Origin: Patescibacteria group bacterium
GTDB taxonomy: Bacteria > Patescibacteriota > JAHJAL01
DNA: 64,000 bases
Direction of reading: 5' to 3'
Assembly: GCA_049322675.1 (NCBI GenBank)
Contig: JBMORM010000009.1
Span: forward strand, 16,934 to 80,933
Shown here: piece after piece, positions 20,889 through 31,548 of the stretch
How the letters are laid out: each line of letters starts with the position of its first letter
How positions within the stretch are numbered: position 1 is the first letter of the stretch
Notes under the pieces: model-generated
What the model was told of the DNA's origin: nothing
Databases searched by the model: none
Seen by the model: the letters and a program-made list of their open reading frames with translations, nothing else
Program-made: the position numbers and the translations under genes

Positions 20889-22151
20889 TTATTGAATTTG
20901 ATGTCTGATAACTGAGGCACCGAGTGATTGTAGGCGTTGATCAAGATTGGCATAACCTCGGTCAACCAAATCAATATTGTCAATTTGACTTTGTCCTTCG
21001 GCGATCAAGCCGGCTATAACTAGGGCAATCCCAGCTCGAATATCCGGACTAACTATTTTTTTACCTGATAATGCAGTGGCGCCAAAAACTATTGCCCGAT
21101 GCGGATCGCAGGTAACAATATTGGCACCCATTTTATTTAGCCATTCAACATAGTTTAAGCGTCCTTCAAAAATAGTCTCGTGGATCATGCTCAAACCTTT
21201 GGCTTGAGTCATCAAGACGGTATAAGGCGCCTGCAGATCAGTAGGAAAGCCGGGATATGGATTGGTAGTCATATCTTTGGCTAAAAGATTAGTTGAATGT
21301 TTTACTTCAATGGAGTCTTCATTGCGAGAAAATTCTACACCAACATTTTTCATGCTAGCCAGAAATACTTCCAAGTGATCGGGCCGGCAATTTTTGATAG
21401 TTATTGATCCTCCCCCGAGTGCACCCAAAATGACAAAAGTTCCAGCTTCAATTCGATCAGGGATAATAGAATTTTTGCCCCCCGTGAGCGATTTTACTCC
21501 TTCGATTATAATTCTGGGGCTGCCAGCGCCGGTTATTTTTGCCCCACGCTGATTGAGAAACTCAGCCAAAGCAACGACACTTGGTTCGCACGCGGCATAT
21601 TCAATAACAGTTTTTCCTTCGGCCAAAACGGCTGACATTAGAATATTTTCTGTTCCGGTCACGCTAATTAATCTTGGGACTATTTTATTCCCTATTAATT
21701 TATTGGCTTTTATATGATAGTTTTCTTCATCAACTTCAATTTTTGCTCCCATTTGCAGAAATGCGTCAAGGTGTATATCGATATCTCTTTTACCGATAAT
21801 GCAGCCTCCCGGATGAGGAATGGTCACCTCCCCAAATCTGGCAAGCATAGGGCCGATTAGAACAGTCGAGGCTCTTAATTTTTTTGCCAAAATTGGATCA
21901 ATGATGGTTTTATTTATTCCCGAACAGTCAAATTCAAAACTATTTTTTTGCAATTCTTTTATCTTTACACCTAGGTCTTCCATAATCTGCATCATGATTT
22001 TTATGTCGGTTATATCCGGAACATTGGAGATAATACATTTTTCTTGGGAGAGAATAGTTGAAGGAATTATTTTCAACGCGGTATTTTTGTCGCCGGATAC
22101 CGATATTTCCCCCTGAAGTTTTTGGCGACCATTAATGATGTATTGATACAT
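20889..22151 (-). CDS. murA: UDP-N-acetylglucosamine 1-carboxyvinyltransferase MurA (start moved to the MYQYIINGR Met)
   Basis: EPSP-synthase fold motifs; KLQGEISVSGDKNTAL N-terminus. Confidence 0.85.
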   Translation of the reverse strand: MYQYIINGRQKLQGEISVSGDKNTALKIIPSTILSQEKCIISNVPDITDIKIMMQIMEDLGVKIKELQKNSFEFDCSGINKTIIDPILAKKLRASTVLIGPMLARFGEVTIPHPGGCIIGKRDIDIHLDAFLQMGAKIEVDEENYHIKANKLIGNKIVPRLISVTGTENILMSAVLAEGKTVIEYAACEPSVVALAEFLNQRGAKITGAGSPRIIIEGVKSLTGGKNSIIPDRIEAGTFVILGALGGGSITIKNCRPDHLEVFLASMKNVGVEFSRNEDSIEVKHSTNLLAKDMTTNPYPGFPTDLQAPYTVLMTQAKGLSMIHETIFEGRLNYVEWLNKMGANIVTCDPHRAIVFGATALSGKKIVSPDIRAGIALVIAGLIAEGQSQIDNIDLVDRGYANLDQRLQSLGASVIRHQIQ

Positions 22152-22268
22152 AATATTTTGAATAAAAAATAAATAACCCAATATTAATCATAATAAATTT
22201 TGATGGTATTACCAATTACTATATATTTACTCTTTGGTTTAAAGAAAATATTTGATATCTATTTATAG

Positions 22269-22298
22269 TTGACCAATTGGGGTTAATAATGTTATAAT
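22269..22298 (+). promoter_or_regulatory. sigma70-like promoter TTGACC-N18-TATAAT ending 10 nt before the ATG (near-leaderless transcript)
   Basis: Hexamers read directly; no SD between the -10 and the ATG at 22309. Confidence 0.35.
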
Positions 22299-22308
22299 GT
22301 AGGGATTT

Positions 22309-23856
22309 ATGATAAATAGAAAATTGAAAAAATTTGGTTTGTTTCTTTTTGTCAACATACTTCCGGTAGCAATCGGACTGTTTTTGATATGGCCAAAGGA
22401 GATATTGGCGAGTGATCTGGTTGTTTTTGAATACCCGCCCAATGACACGACAGTGGTTGAAAAGTCTGAGAATGTCATAATAAAGGGTTTTGTTAAAAAA
22501 AACACCAATGAATTGGCATCCGTTCAGATTAGTTTTGACGGCCAAATATGGAGAAATGTTGTTGTTGATAAAAACAATAGTGATTCATTTTATCATTGGC
22601 ACTATCCATGGACAGCAGCAGGAAAAGGAAAAAACTTTATTCAAATCAGCGTAAAAGATAAAAAAGGTGAGGAGACTTTAACCTTAAAGATGATTGAAGT
22701 GAAACCAAAAGTCGGGGAAGAAGAAGATAATTTACGGGAAATGTTGGAAAGTTACAAGCAAGAGATTATGGATAAAAATAACAAAGTTTCTCCTGAGGTG
22801 GTGTATAAAGACGACATCGTTTTTATGATCGAATATATTTTGAACAATAACTTCGGTAATTGGATTGACAAAAACTGGGGAGTATTATTATTTGGTAAAG
22901 AAAATTTGGAGTATAGTTTGAATTTAATGATAAAATATAATAATTTTGTTCGCCAATATCCGATTGGAACAGATCTAGTAGTGGCATCTTCCTGGCCAAT
23001 CTTGATTTTTGATGTTTTTATTACGATTTGGCTGATAATATTTGGTAAAATACTTTCTTCTCTCCATATTTTCCAAGCAAAATTTGCAAATGCACGATCG
23101 CAAAGAATATCGAAAAAAACGGTTACTGTTTTCGATGCTATGACTTTGGAAGTAGTTAGTTTGGCCAAAATGTCATTCAGAAATTCATTTGGACGAGAAT
23201 ATGTTTTGTATGCCAATGAGGAGGGAAAAATTAACTTGGAATCTCTGCCGTCGGAAACGTACACGTGGACAAATCTTTCCAAAGGATATAAAAATTATAT
23301 TTTAGAATCAATATCGCAGAATATATATCGACAAAAGACAATAGCAAAAGACAATATTATTGTCGGCGATTATGATATAGATTGCGCTATTGCCGCAATG
23401 CCGATTGTCGGACAGGAGAGAGCGAGTAAATTTACAAAAGCTAATTTTCTTTTTCCTAGTCAAAAATGGTTGATCAATAATTTTATCTGGTTAGCAGTTT
23501 GGGGTATCTTGGCTGGAATCAATTTGTATTACTTCCAACCGCAACGCTCAGTTTTAATTATTATTTGCATTTTAGTATTAGGTCTTTTTGTTAATTATTT
23601 GTTGTCTCCCAAAAAAGTTTGGGGAGTCATGAGGACTCTCAATGGCACAAGATTGGCTTGGAAAATGATAGTACTAAAAAAAGAGGAAGAGATTTTTGCG
23701 AAAACTTGGACGGACTGGGAAGGTAAGTTTTCTTTTAAATCAATTCCCGAAGGAGATTATCAAATTCTGGCACAAAGAAATGAGGTATATAGAAAATATG
23801 ATATTTTTGTAGAAAAAACCGGTCAGCCCAAGAAAATAGTGGAGGTAAATATTTAA
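22309..23856 (+). CDS. Hypothetical membrane protein with an N-terminal Ig-like region, central TM helices and a C-terminal carboxypeptidase-regulatory-like beta-sandwich
   Basis: Hydrophobic segments; ..EGDYQILAQRNEVYRKYDIFVE.. C-terminus. Confidence 0.5.
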   Translation: MINRKLKKFGLFLFVNILPVAIGLFLIWPKEILASDLVVFEYPPNDTTVVEKSENVIIKGFVKKNTNELASVQISFDGQIWRNVVVDKNNSDSFYHWHYPWTAAGKGKNFIQISVKDKKGEETLTLKMIEVKPKVGEEEDNLREMLESYKQEIMDKNNKVSPEVVYKDDIVFMIEYILNNNFGNWIDKNWGVLLFGKENLEYSLNLMIKYNNFVRQYPIGTDLVVASSWPILIFDVFITIWLIIFGKILSSLHIFQAKFANARSQRISKKTVTVFDAMTLEVVSLAKMSFRNSFGREYVLYANEEGKINLESLPSETYTWTNLSKGYKNYILESISQNIYRQKTIAKDNIIVGDYDIDCAIAAMPIVGQERASKFTKANFLFPSQKWLINNFIWLAVWGILAGINLYYFQPQRSVLIIICILVLGLFVNYLLSPKKVWGVMRTLNGTRLAWKMIVLKKEEEIFAKTWTDWEGKFSFKSIPEGDYQILAQRNEVYRKYDIFVEKTGQPKKIVEVNI

Positions 23857-24887
23857 TATTTTTTGGGATATTTTTTTGCCAGTTGAAAAATGCGGTTATT
23901 GATTGCGGTCAAACCATCGTGAGTAACGGCCGAAATGGCGAATATTTTGTTTCGCTTTTTTTTGATTTTGTTTTTAAAATCAATGATAAATTTCTTTATA
24001 TCAGGATGATCAGCCCGTAATCCCAAGGCATCGATTTTGGTAAAACAAATTATTTCTGGTTTTTTTGATAACAAGGGATTGAATTTGTTTAGTTCCTGAC
24101 GAATATTTAGATAATCTCGAGCGACATCCGGGTTGAGAATATCTATCAAATGGACTAAAATCCTAGTTCTTTCGATGTGTTTGAGAAAATTAAATCCAAG
24201 GCCACGACCTTGACTGGCCCCTTCAATCAGTCCAGGGATATCGGCTACGATCAGATTTGTATCATACAAAGTCATTACACCAAGATTGGGAATAATAGTG
24301 GTAAATGGATAAGAGGCGATTTTTGGTTTAGCCGAAGTTACTACTGACAAGAAAGTTGATTTGCCGCTATTCGGCAACCCTATTAAACCAATGTCGGCGA
24401 TGGTTTTTAATTCTAACCATATCTTTTTGCTTTCGCCGGGCAGACCTGGTTGTGCGTAACGAGGAGAACGATTGATAGAAGTGGCAAAATGGGTATTGCC
24501 TAGTCCGCCCAATCCTCCTTTTGCTGCAACAAAGGACAAATCTGGTTTATTTAAATCGGCCAGTACTTGGTACGAACCATCTTCAACAATCTGATAAACA
24601 ATGGTTCCTACTGGAACTTCAATAATTTGATTTTCACCGGCGGCGCCACTTTTGTTTTGGCGACCGCCATTTTGTCCATCTGAGGCAGTAAATTTTTTCT
24701 TGCCTAAAAAAGAAGAAAGTGTGTTTAGATTATGATTGGTCTTGAAAACTATATCACCTCCCTTGCCGCCATCGCCACCATCTGGTCCACCGCGATAATT
24801 TGATTTTTCCCTGAAAAAAGAAGCTAGTCCTTTCCCACCATGGCCGGCAGATATTTTTATTTTTACTTGGTCGCAAAATGTGTTCAT
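23853..24887 (-). CDS. obg: GTPase Obg
   Basis: Gly-rich Obg fold GGKGGDI.., G1-G4 motifs. Confidence 0.9.
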   Translation of the reverse strand: MNTFCDQVKIKISAGHGGKGLASFFREKSNYRGGPDGGDGGKGGDIVFKTNHNLNTLSSFLGKKKFTASDGQNGGRQNKSGAAGENQIIEVPVGTIVYQIVEDGSYQVLADLNKPDLSFVAAKGGLGGLGNTHFATSINRSPRYAQPGLPGESKKIWLELKTIADIGLIGLPNSGKSTFLSVVTSAKPKIASYPFTTIIPNLGVMTLYDTNLIVADIPGLIEGASQGRGLGFNFLKHIERTRILVHLIDILNPDVARDYLNIRQELNKFNPLLSKKPEIICFTKIDALGLRADHPDIKKFIIDFKNKIKKKRNKIFAISAVTHDGLTAINNRIFQLAKKYPKKY

Positions 24888-26797
24888 ATTTTTGGGGTAA
24901 AATATTGGATCAATTTTTTTGATAGGTAGTTTTTAAATTCTATCTTGTTTTTTTCATTTTCAAAGTGAAAATACATTTGAGGATTATCTAATCTATCTTG
25001 GAGAAAATATTCTTTTAATTCGCCGATTATTTTCCCCCCAGAAGGATTATTGATCATGAAATTGATCGATGACATGAAAGACGAGGTTGTGTTTTTTTTA
25101 AGAATCGGGAAAATATCAATTATTAATTCTTTTAGTAAATCACCAGATACAGGATATGGTGTTTTTTTATTGATTAGCTTGGTAAGAATTTTTTGAAATT
25201 TGGAATGACTATCTTTATTGCTTTTTTTTGAATTTGCAGCCAATAAAATATTGTTAATTGTATCAACTTCAGACTGCCCCAGAATACTGCAATTTTCTAT
25301 TTTTTGTACAAGTAATTTTATGTTTTTCTTGGCGATTTTGTCTCGGTAAATAGGCAATTTTAATTCAGTTATTACAATATCGATTTCTGCTTGATTTAAA
25401 GGGGTAACTAGTTTTTGTTTGACTTCTTTGATACGCTTGATAAATTGTTCAAGACTGTGAAAATTTGGTGGCTTATTTCCTGATTTGACTGCTGACGAAG
25501 CATCCAAATAACAAACTTGTAACAACTCCAAGCCCTGAATTTCATCATCAAGAAAATACTTGATGATTTTTCTTTCTTTTATTTCATTGGCTTTGACATT
25601 GAAAGGCATCATATGTTTACTTACCAGAAATTCCACTTTTTTGATATCTACGTGCAATTTATCAGTTTTCGCGAAAGGACTTGTCAATTTGAGGTGTTTG
25701 ATAAACTCATGGCACAATTCTTTGGAAACTTCAGGATGATTGTAATAAGTATAATTGTTCTCCTTGAGTACAAAGGTGGATACTTTTCCAAAATCATGCA
25801 ACAAAATTGCCAATTTAACATTGATAGAAACATCTTTGGGTAAGCCAATTTTATTGAAGGCGAGTTTGGGTATATTTTTAAGACCCAAGACAGTGTGATT
25901 CCAAACATTACCCTCGGCATGATAGTCATATGGTTGTTCTGTAGTTTTCAGTCCTTCCCATGTTTTTTTTAGATTAGGAGTAAGTATAGATTTATATACA
26001 CCACTTTGATCTAGCAATTCAATCATGTATGACGGATTAGCATTGAACCCTTTGAGAAACTCTGCCGCCAACACTTCCCAGGCTACTCGAGTAACTTTTT
26101 TTTGGCCATTTTTTGAAGACAAAAGAAAAGTGGCGCAAATCTGGTGATGGTTATTTTTTATTATAGAAAAAGTTTTTTTCTCGATTTCAAAATTCAATTG
26201 AGAAGAAAATCTTATTGCTCTCAGCATTCTGGTTGGATCTTCTTTCACTAACCTTTCATAAGGATCGCCGACGGCTTTGATTTGACCTTTTTTTTCTTCT
26301 AAGCCGAGATCATTTAGTCCATCAAAAGGATCAATCAACTGATAAGTAGATAAATTGACGGCAAGAGCGTTGATAGTAAAATCACGACGAGACAGATCGT
26401 CTGATATAGATATATTTTTATGAGATATAGTTTCGACATCTTGATGACCCAAGAAGTATTCTCGATACAAATCTAGACGAGGCAAAGCGATATCGATGAT
26501 TGTTTTGCTTCCAGGTGACCGATATTTGAAAACGCCAAAATTTCTACTTTGGATATCTACCAACTTCCCAGGTAATTTGCTCAAGAAATTATATAATTCC
26601 TCTTTTTCTACTCCTTCAACGACAAAATCATAATCTTTGAATGGCCGTTGCAAAATATAATCTCGAACTGCTCCACCGACGAGATATGTTTTGGGGTACT
26701 TTCGAATAATTCTGCCAATTATTTTTCCAAATTCAGACTTTTTTAGAAGTTTATCAACTAGTGGCTTAAAATTTATTTTTGTAATCTTTTTTTTCAT
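24884..26797 (-). CDS. cca: CCA-adding tRNA nucleotidyltransferase family protein with an HD domain and a ~200-aa C-terminal extension
   Basis: GGAVRD..DYD head domain, HDFGK HD motif; 637 aa. Confidence 0.75.
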   Translation of the reverse strand: MKKKITKINFKPLVDKLLKKSEFGKIIGRIIRKYPKTYLVGGAVRDYILQRPFKDYDFVVEGVEKEELYNFLSKLPGKLVDIQSRNFGVFKYRSPGSKTIIDIALPRLDLYREYFLGHQDVETISHKNISISDDLSRRDFTINALAVNLSTYQLIDPFDGLNDLGLEEKKGQIKAVGDPYERLVKEDPTRMLRAIRFSSQLNFEIEKKTFSIIKNNHHQICATFLLSSKNGQKKVTRVAWEVLAAEFLKGFNANPSYMIELLDQSGVYKSILTPNLKKTWEGLKTTEQPYDYHAEGNVWNHTVLGLKNIPKLAFNKIGLPKDVSINVKLAILLHDFGKVSTFVLKENNYTYYNHPEVSKELCHEFIKHLKLTSPFAKTDKLHVDIKKVEFLVSKHMMPFNVKANEIKERKIIKYFLDDEIQGLELLQVCYLDASSAVKSGNKPPNFHSLEQFIKRIKEVKQKLVTPLNQAEIDIVITELKLPIYRDKIAKKNIKLLVQKIENCSILGQSEVDTINNILLAANSKKSNKDSHSKFQKILTKLINKKTPYPVSGDLLKELIIDIFPILKKNTTSSFMSSINFMINNPSGGKIIGELKEYFLQDRLDNPQMYFHFENEKNKIEFKNYLSKKLIQYFTPKI

Positions 26798-26835
26798 GTA
26801 TAAATATTTTTATCAATTTATATTAACAGATTTGA

Positions 26836-26875
26836 CTAAAAAAATAAAGGGAACGTTTAGATCGGCGTTCCCTTT
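26836..26875 (-). terminator. Intrinsic terminator (10-bp stem aaagggaacg/cgttcccttt plus T-run) after the M23 peptidase gene
   Basis: Perfect inverted repeat followed by atttttttag on the minus strand. Confidence 0.5.
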
Positions 26876-26899
26876 ACGATAAGATATTTTTATAAATGA

Positions 26900-28285
26900 T
26901 TAAAGGTAATTTAGCGGATTTAGATATGAACCATTGTAGCGTATTTCAAAATGCAAATGGGGACCGGTTGACCAACCGGTGGAGCCCATAGTTCCTATTC
27001 TTTGTCCTTTGCTTACGGATTGACCGACAGACACATCAAGTGACGAAAGATGGCCATACAATGTCTGATAACCATTGCCATGATCAATGATCACATGATT
27101 GCCATATCCCCCACCCCATCCATAAGAGGCGGTAGTAACCGATCCGCTGTCGGAGGCAAAAATATCCCAACCAGATCGCGCATCCAAATCAAGACCAGTA
27201 TGCCAAGGATTAAAACTGGTTGAGCCAAAATACTGACTAATGAACATGCCTGATGTTGGCCATCCAAATTGACCACTGCCAGCCAATGGTGAGGCAGAAG
27301 AATCGATTTGAGGTTGATAATAATCGTTTGAATAATCATTTGTGGTAATCGGATTGCTGACAACTGGTTTTGGAGGAGGGGGAACTTCACCACCAGGAAG
27401 AATAATCTTTTGACCAATAGATACTTCTCCACTCGAGAGATTATTCCATTTATAGATGTCGTCCAAATTACTTTTGTACTTTTCTGCAATAGAAGAAAGA
27501 CTATCGCCGTCTTGGACAGTATAGTAGATACCGTCCATCGGCATGATATATATTTCTTGTCCTTCGATAATAGTGCCACTATCATCCATTCCATTTGACC
27601 ATTTGATGGTATCGGCGGAAATAGCATACTTGTCGGCAATTGACCATAGAGTTTCATCGGCTTTTACTAGATGGACAATAACATTTTTTCTGGAAATTTC
27701 TGACACTTCAGTAACAGGAGTATTAGTTTTTTCCAGATATGAGTTTTGAATCAAGGCCAAGTCTTTTGGTTGATTTTCTTTTTGATTTTGAATAGCTTGG
27801 TTAATTTGGTCTTTTTTATCATCTGAAGAAGTGTAGTCTGCAACAGTGGAAGCTATTTGAGCGATGTCTTTCGAAGTGACGATATTGGATTTAGAACGGT
27901 CGTCGTCAAGATTTATTTCTATTAAATTGGAATCAACGGAATTGGCTAGAGCAAAACTTCCAGGGTTTAAATTTTTATTACAATATGAACCAAAACAACT
28001 GTTGGTGAGTATGGTAAAACCAGCGACAGCAACAATGCCGGCGTGAGTAAGATACTTTTTTAAGTTGTTTAGTCTGATTGGTTGATTTTGTCGTGATTGA
28101 CGGGGTAGAAAATAACTGTTTTGATCGTCATAGCTTGAGTGTGTATGATTGACGGAAAATTTATTTTCTTTTGATACAGGAAGAAAGCGACTAATGGTAT
28201 TTTTTATCAAAGAAAAGTAACTGGAAGATTGCGCTCCGGAATTGTAGTGCCGAAGGTGTCGCGACCTGAGGTTAACTTTTCGCAT
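26900..28285 (-). CDS. LysM-domain M23 family peptidoglycan endopeptidase
   Basis: Two LysM repeats; HxxxD...HLHFE M23 motifs. Confidence 0.85.
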   Translation of the reverse strand: MRKVNLRSRHLRHYNSGAQSSSYFSLIKNTISRFLPVSKENKFSVNHTHSSYDDQNSYFLPRQSRQNQPIRLNNLKKYLTHAGIVAVAGFTILTNSCFGSYCNKNLNPGSFALANSVDSNLIEINLDDDRSKSNIVTSKDIAQIASTVADYTSSDDKKDQINQAIQNQKENQPKDLALIQNSYLEKTNTPVTEVSEISRKNVIVHLVKADETLWSIADKYAISADTIKWSNGMDDSGTIIEGQEIYIMPMDGIYYTVQDGDSLSSIAEKYKSNLDDIYKWNNLSSGEVSIGQKIILPGGEVPPPPKPVVSNPITTNDYSNDYYQPQIDSSASPLAGSGQFGWPTSGMFISQYFGSTSFNPWHTGLDLDARSGWDIFASDSGSVTTASYGWGGGYGNHVIIDHGNGYQTLYGHLSSLDVSVGQSVSKGQRIGTMGSTGWSTGPHLHFEIRYNGSYLNPLNYL

Positions 28286-28429
28286 AAAACCCTCTTGGGT
28301 TTATAACAAATAAGCAGTCTTTTCTTTTGTTTTTTAATCAAATTTTAATTTTACAGCCTTTTTATTGTATTATCTGTGATAACATTTGTCAATGTGTATA
28401 TCTTATGGAACTGACCGGCATGTTCAAGA

Positions 28430-30151
28430 TTAATAGCCAGATTTTTTGTTTATTTTTTCTTCCGCGAAAAAAATCCGGTCAAGGATACCCTTTCCTTCAT
28501 TTTTATTTAGTATTTTCACTTGAGAATAATCTAATATTTGCGTGGGAACTAGATCGATATTTATTATTTTTTTGTTGTAGATCTGTATTGGTAGTAATAC
28601 CCCTTCAGTTGTTTCCTGCGACCACATTTGGTCCATAATAAAATTGCCAAGACTATAGATAATGTATTTTCCTTTGTAAATTTCATCAGCTTGAACCACA
28701 TGGGGATGGGTACCAATAATTAAATCGGCGCCGGAATCAATAGCGGCGTGCGCAAACTGTATCTGTTGTAGGGTTGGATCAGGAGTATATTCTGTTCCCC
28801 AATGGAAATTAACAAACAATAGATCGCAATCTTTTTTCGTATCAGAAATAATAGTTTGTACTCGCGATAGGTCGGATTCCGAGTTTAGATCAATCCAAGC
28901 AGTTCCAGCGATATCTCCCGAAGCGCCGTAGCTGTCAGGCATTATACTAACAAAACTAATAAAACCATATTTTGTCCCATTTTTGTCAATGAATTTGGGG
29001 GAAAAAGCTTTATTTTCGTCCCTCCCAGCGCCCACGTATTGTATATCGTTTTTCTCAAGAATTTGAAAGTTGCTTTCCATTCCATCTCTTAGCGCATCGC
29101 CAAAATGATTACTGGAAAGAAAAACAAGATCTATGCCGGATTTGGTCAAACCTTCTACTGTCTCTGGTTGAGCAACCAAAATCATTCCTTCGCCGGTAAG
29201 CGCAGTTCCGTCTGAAATTGGAGCCTCCAACTGGGCAATTGTAATATCAGGTTTCGATAAATATTCTTGGACAAATTCAAAAGAATGAGCAGGATCTCCC
29301 GAGCGATTGATTTTCACTCCAACAAATCGTCCCATCATAATATCTCCGACTACTAAGAGATTAGTTGTTTTAGGAGTTGATATATTATTTTTTAATTCCC
29401 CAATAAGTTGTTCTTTTATTTTTTGATTATCGGTTGATAAATATATATTTATTTTGAGCGGATATAATTCCGGCTGATCAAAAGGAGAAAAACCATTTAT
29501 CAATAGAGAGTGAACTGATAGGTTAAGTTGAGATATTGGAACGAAACCAAGTGCATTTTTGTCTTCGGCAACCAGATCTATTACACTTTCGTTGTCTGGC
29601 AATATTCCCAATTGATCAAGATTTTGATTTGGAAATGTTTCTTTTAACTCCGAAGAATATTTCTCAGAAATTACGATTTTATTGAAAGTGTAACCATCGA
29701 TCTCCATCTGATTTGTCAAAGCAGGAATCTGATCAAATTTTATGTCGTCGAGATATATCTGACGACTAACGATTGCTACCAGAGGCTCTGAAGTCAATTT
29801 GACCGAATTTTTTAAACGAGAATAACCGATGGAGACAACAGACTTATCCGGAGTAACAATATCGTATTTTGCAGTTGAGTTATTGGAAAAATAGTCTTTA
29901 ATATTGCGATAATTTGGATCCTGCTCATCGATATTCAATGAAATACCATAGGTTGGATCGATAATGTTAATTTTTTCCAGTTTAATATTACCTAATTTTG
30001 TTTGAGAAAATAGAAAAATAATCGACGTGGTTGCGATACAAAACAAAGTAAAAGTAGTTACAAACAGAATATTTTTCTGACTAAACATATTTTTATGTTT
30101 ATATTTAGTATGATTTAGCAAATAGAACTCGTTTTTCTGATCGAGATCCAC
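28430..30151 (-). CDS. CapA/PgsA-family metallophosphatase-like membrane protein with a long N-terminal extension (start may be the internal Met at ~30088)
   Basis: VVGDIMMGR...SNHFGD...HWG.EY...HPHV motifs. Confidence 0.7.
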   Translation of the reverse strand: MDLDQKNEFYLLNHTKYKHKNMFSQKNILFVTTFTLFCIATTSIIFLFSQTKLGNIKLEKINIIDPTYGISLNIDEQDPNYRNIKDYFSNNSTAKYDIVTPDKSVVSIGYSRLKNSVKLTSEPLVAIVSRQIYLDDIKFDQIPALTNQMEIDGYTFNKIVISEKYSSELKETFPNQNLDQLGILPDNESVIDLVAEDKNALGFVPISQLNLSVHSLLINGFSPFDQPELYPLKINIYLSTDNQKIKEQLIGELKNNISTPKTTNLLVVGDIMMGRFVGVKINRSGDPAHSFEFVQEYLSKPDITIAQLEAPISDGTALTGEGMILVAQPETVEGLTKSGIDLVFLSSNHFGDALRDGMESNFQILEKNDIQYVGAGRDENKAFSPKFIDKNGTKYGFISFVSIMPDSYGASGDIAGTAWIDLNSESDLSRVQTIISDTKKDCDLLFVNFHWGTEYTPDPTLQQIQFAHAAIDSGADLIIGTHPHVVQADEIYKGKYIIYSLGNFIMDQMWSQETTEGVLLPIQIYNKKIINIDLVPTQILDYSQVKILNKNEGKGILDRIFFAEEKINKKSGY

Positions 30152-31544
30152 ATTTTATACATTTTCCTTGCTCTTCTTTGCTTTCAAAAGGAATATTGCG
30201 AATAGTAGCTTTGGTTATTTCAGTAATCGATTTTTCGCATTCCGGATTGCCGCACCAGTGGGAGTAGATGAATCCAGGATTGGTTTCAAGAATATTTTTG
30301 AATTGATCCCAATCGTCGAGATAGTGAGTTTTTTGTTGCATGTATTTTTGAGCATCAGCGAATAAATTGGATTGAATACTGTCGAGCAATGTGGGAATCA
30401 ATTGGCTCAGTTCTGAAAGAGCGGCAGTTTGTTTTTGTCCAAGATCTCGACGGAAAACAACAATCTGATTTTTTGCAAAATCTTTGGGTCCAAATTCCAA
30501 TCTAATTGGCACACCTTTTTGTTCCCATTCGTTGAAACGCCAACCGGGCGATTTGTTCTCGTCGTCATCTATTTTGATGGTGTAATTTAATAATTCTGTT
30601 TTTATATTATTGATGGTAGCAAGAATATCTTTTTTTTCTTCCGGTGTTTTATAAATTGGAATTATGACAATTTGAATTGGAGCAATTTTGGGTGGCAGAC
30701 GTAATCCTTTGTCGTCAGAATGAGTCATAATTAAACCACCAATCATGCGGGTAGTAACCCCCCAACTTGTTTGATGAACAAATTGTTGTCGGTTGTCTCT
30801 ATCCAAGAATTGAACATTGAAAACTTTTGCAAAATTTTGTCCGAGCAGATGCGATGTGCCTGCTTGCAAGGCTTTGCCGTCCTGAGTCATCCATTCAAAA
30901 GAGTATGTTGATACCCCGCCGGCAAATTTTTCCGATTCACTTTTTTGGCCAAGAATTACTGGGACGGCCAAATATTCTCTGACGAAATGATTATAGACAT
31001 TCAACATTTTGAGCGTCATCTCCAAAGCTTCTTCGTGGGTAGCGTGAGCAGTATGCCCCTCTTGCCAAAGAAATTCCGTTGTTCTTAAAAATAATCTAGG
31101 TCTTTTTTCCCAACGAACAACATTTGCCCATTGATTGATGAGCAAAGGCAAGTCGCGATAGGATTTAATCCAACGCGAGTATGTATCGTACATGATCGTT
31201 TCCGATGTAGGACGAACAACAAGAGGTTCTTCCAACTTTTTTCCACCTGCGTGAGTTACGACGGCTACTTCCGGCGAAAAACCTTCAACGTGCTCTTTTT
31301 CTTTTTCTAAAAAGCTTTTTGGAATAAACAAGGGGAAATATGCGTTTTGCACACCTTCGTTTTTTATTAATTTGTCTAAGATTGATTGAAACTTCTCCCA
31401 AATTGCATAACCATATGGTTTAATAATCATACAGCCTTTGACAGGCGCATGCTCAGCTAAATCACATTTTTCGATTATGTCGTTGTACCATTTGGAAAAA
31501 TCTTCCGAACGAGGAGTAATTTTGAGAGAAACGTTTTTATTCAT
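30105..31544 (-). CDS. proS: Prolyl-tRNA synthetase, archaeal/eukaryotic-type, with a C-terminal zinc ribbon
   Basis: Class II motifs; no INS editing domain; C-terminal CGNPEC...CIKCG. Confidence 0.9.
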   Translation of the reverse strand: MNKNVSLKITPRSEDFSKWYNDIIEKCDLAEHAPVKGCMIIKPYGYAIWEKFQSILDKLIKNEGVQNAYFPLFIPKSFLEKEKEHVEGFSPEVAVVTHAGGKKLEEPLVVRPTSETIMYDTYSRWIKSYRDLPLLINQWANVVRWEKRPRLFLRTTEFLWQEGHTAHATHEEALEMTLKMLNVYNHFVREYLAVPVILGQKSESEKFAGGVSTYSFEWMTQDGKALQAGTSHLLGQNFAKVFNVQFLDRDNRQQFVHQTSWGVTTRMIGGLIMTHSDDKGLRLPPKIAPIQIVIIPIYKTPEEKKDILATINNIKTELLNYTIKIDDDENKSPGWRFNEWEQKGVPIRLEFGPKDFAKNQIVVFRRDLGQKQTAALSELSQLIPTLLDSIQSNLFADAQKYMQQKTHYLDDWDQFKNILETNPGFIYSHWCGNPECEKSITEITKATIRNIPFESKEEQGKCIKCGSRSEKRVLFAKSY

Positions 31545-31548
31545 ATTA

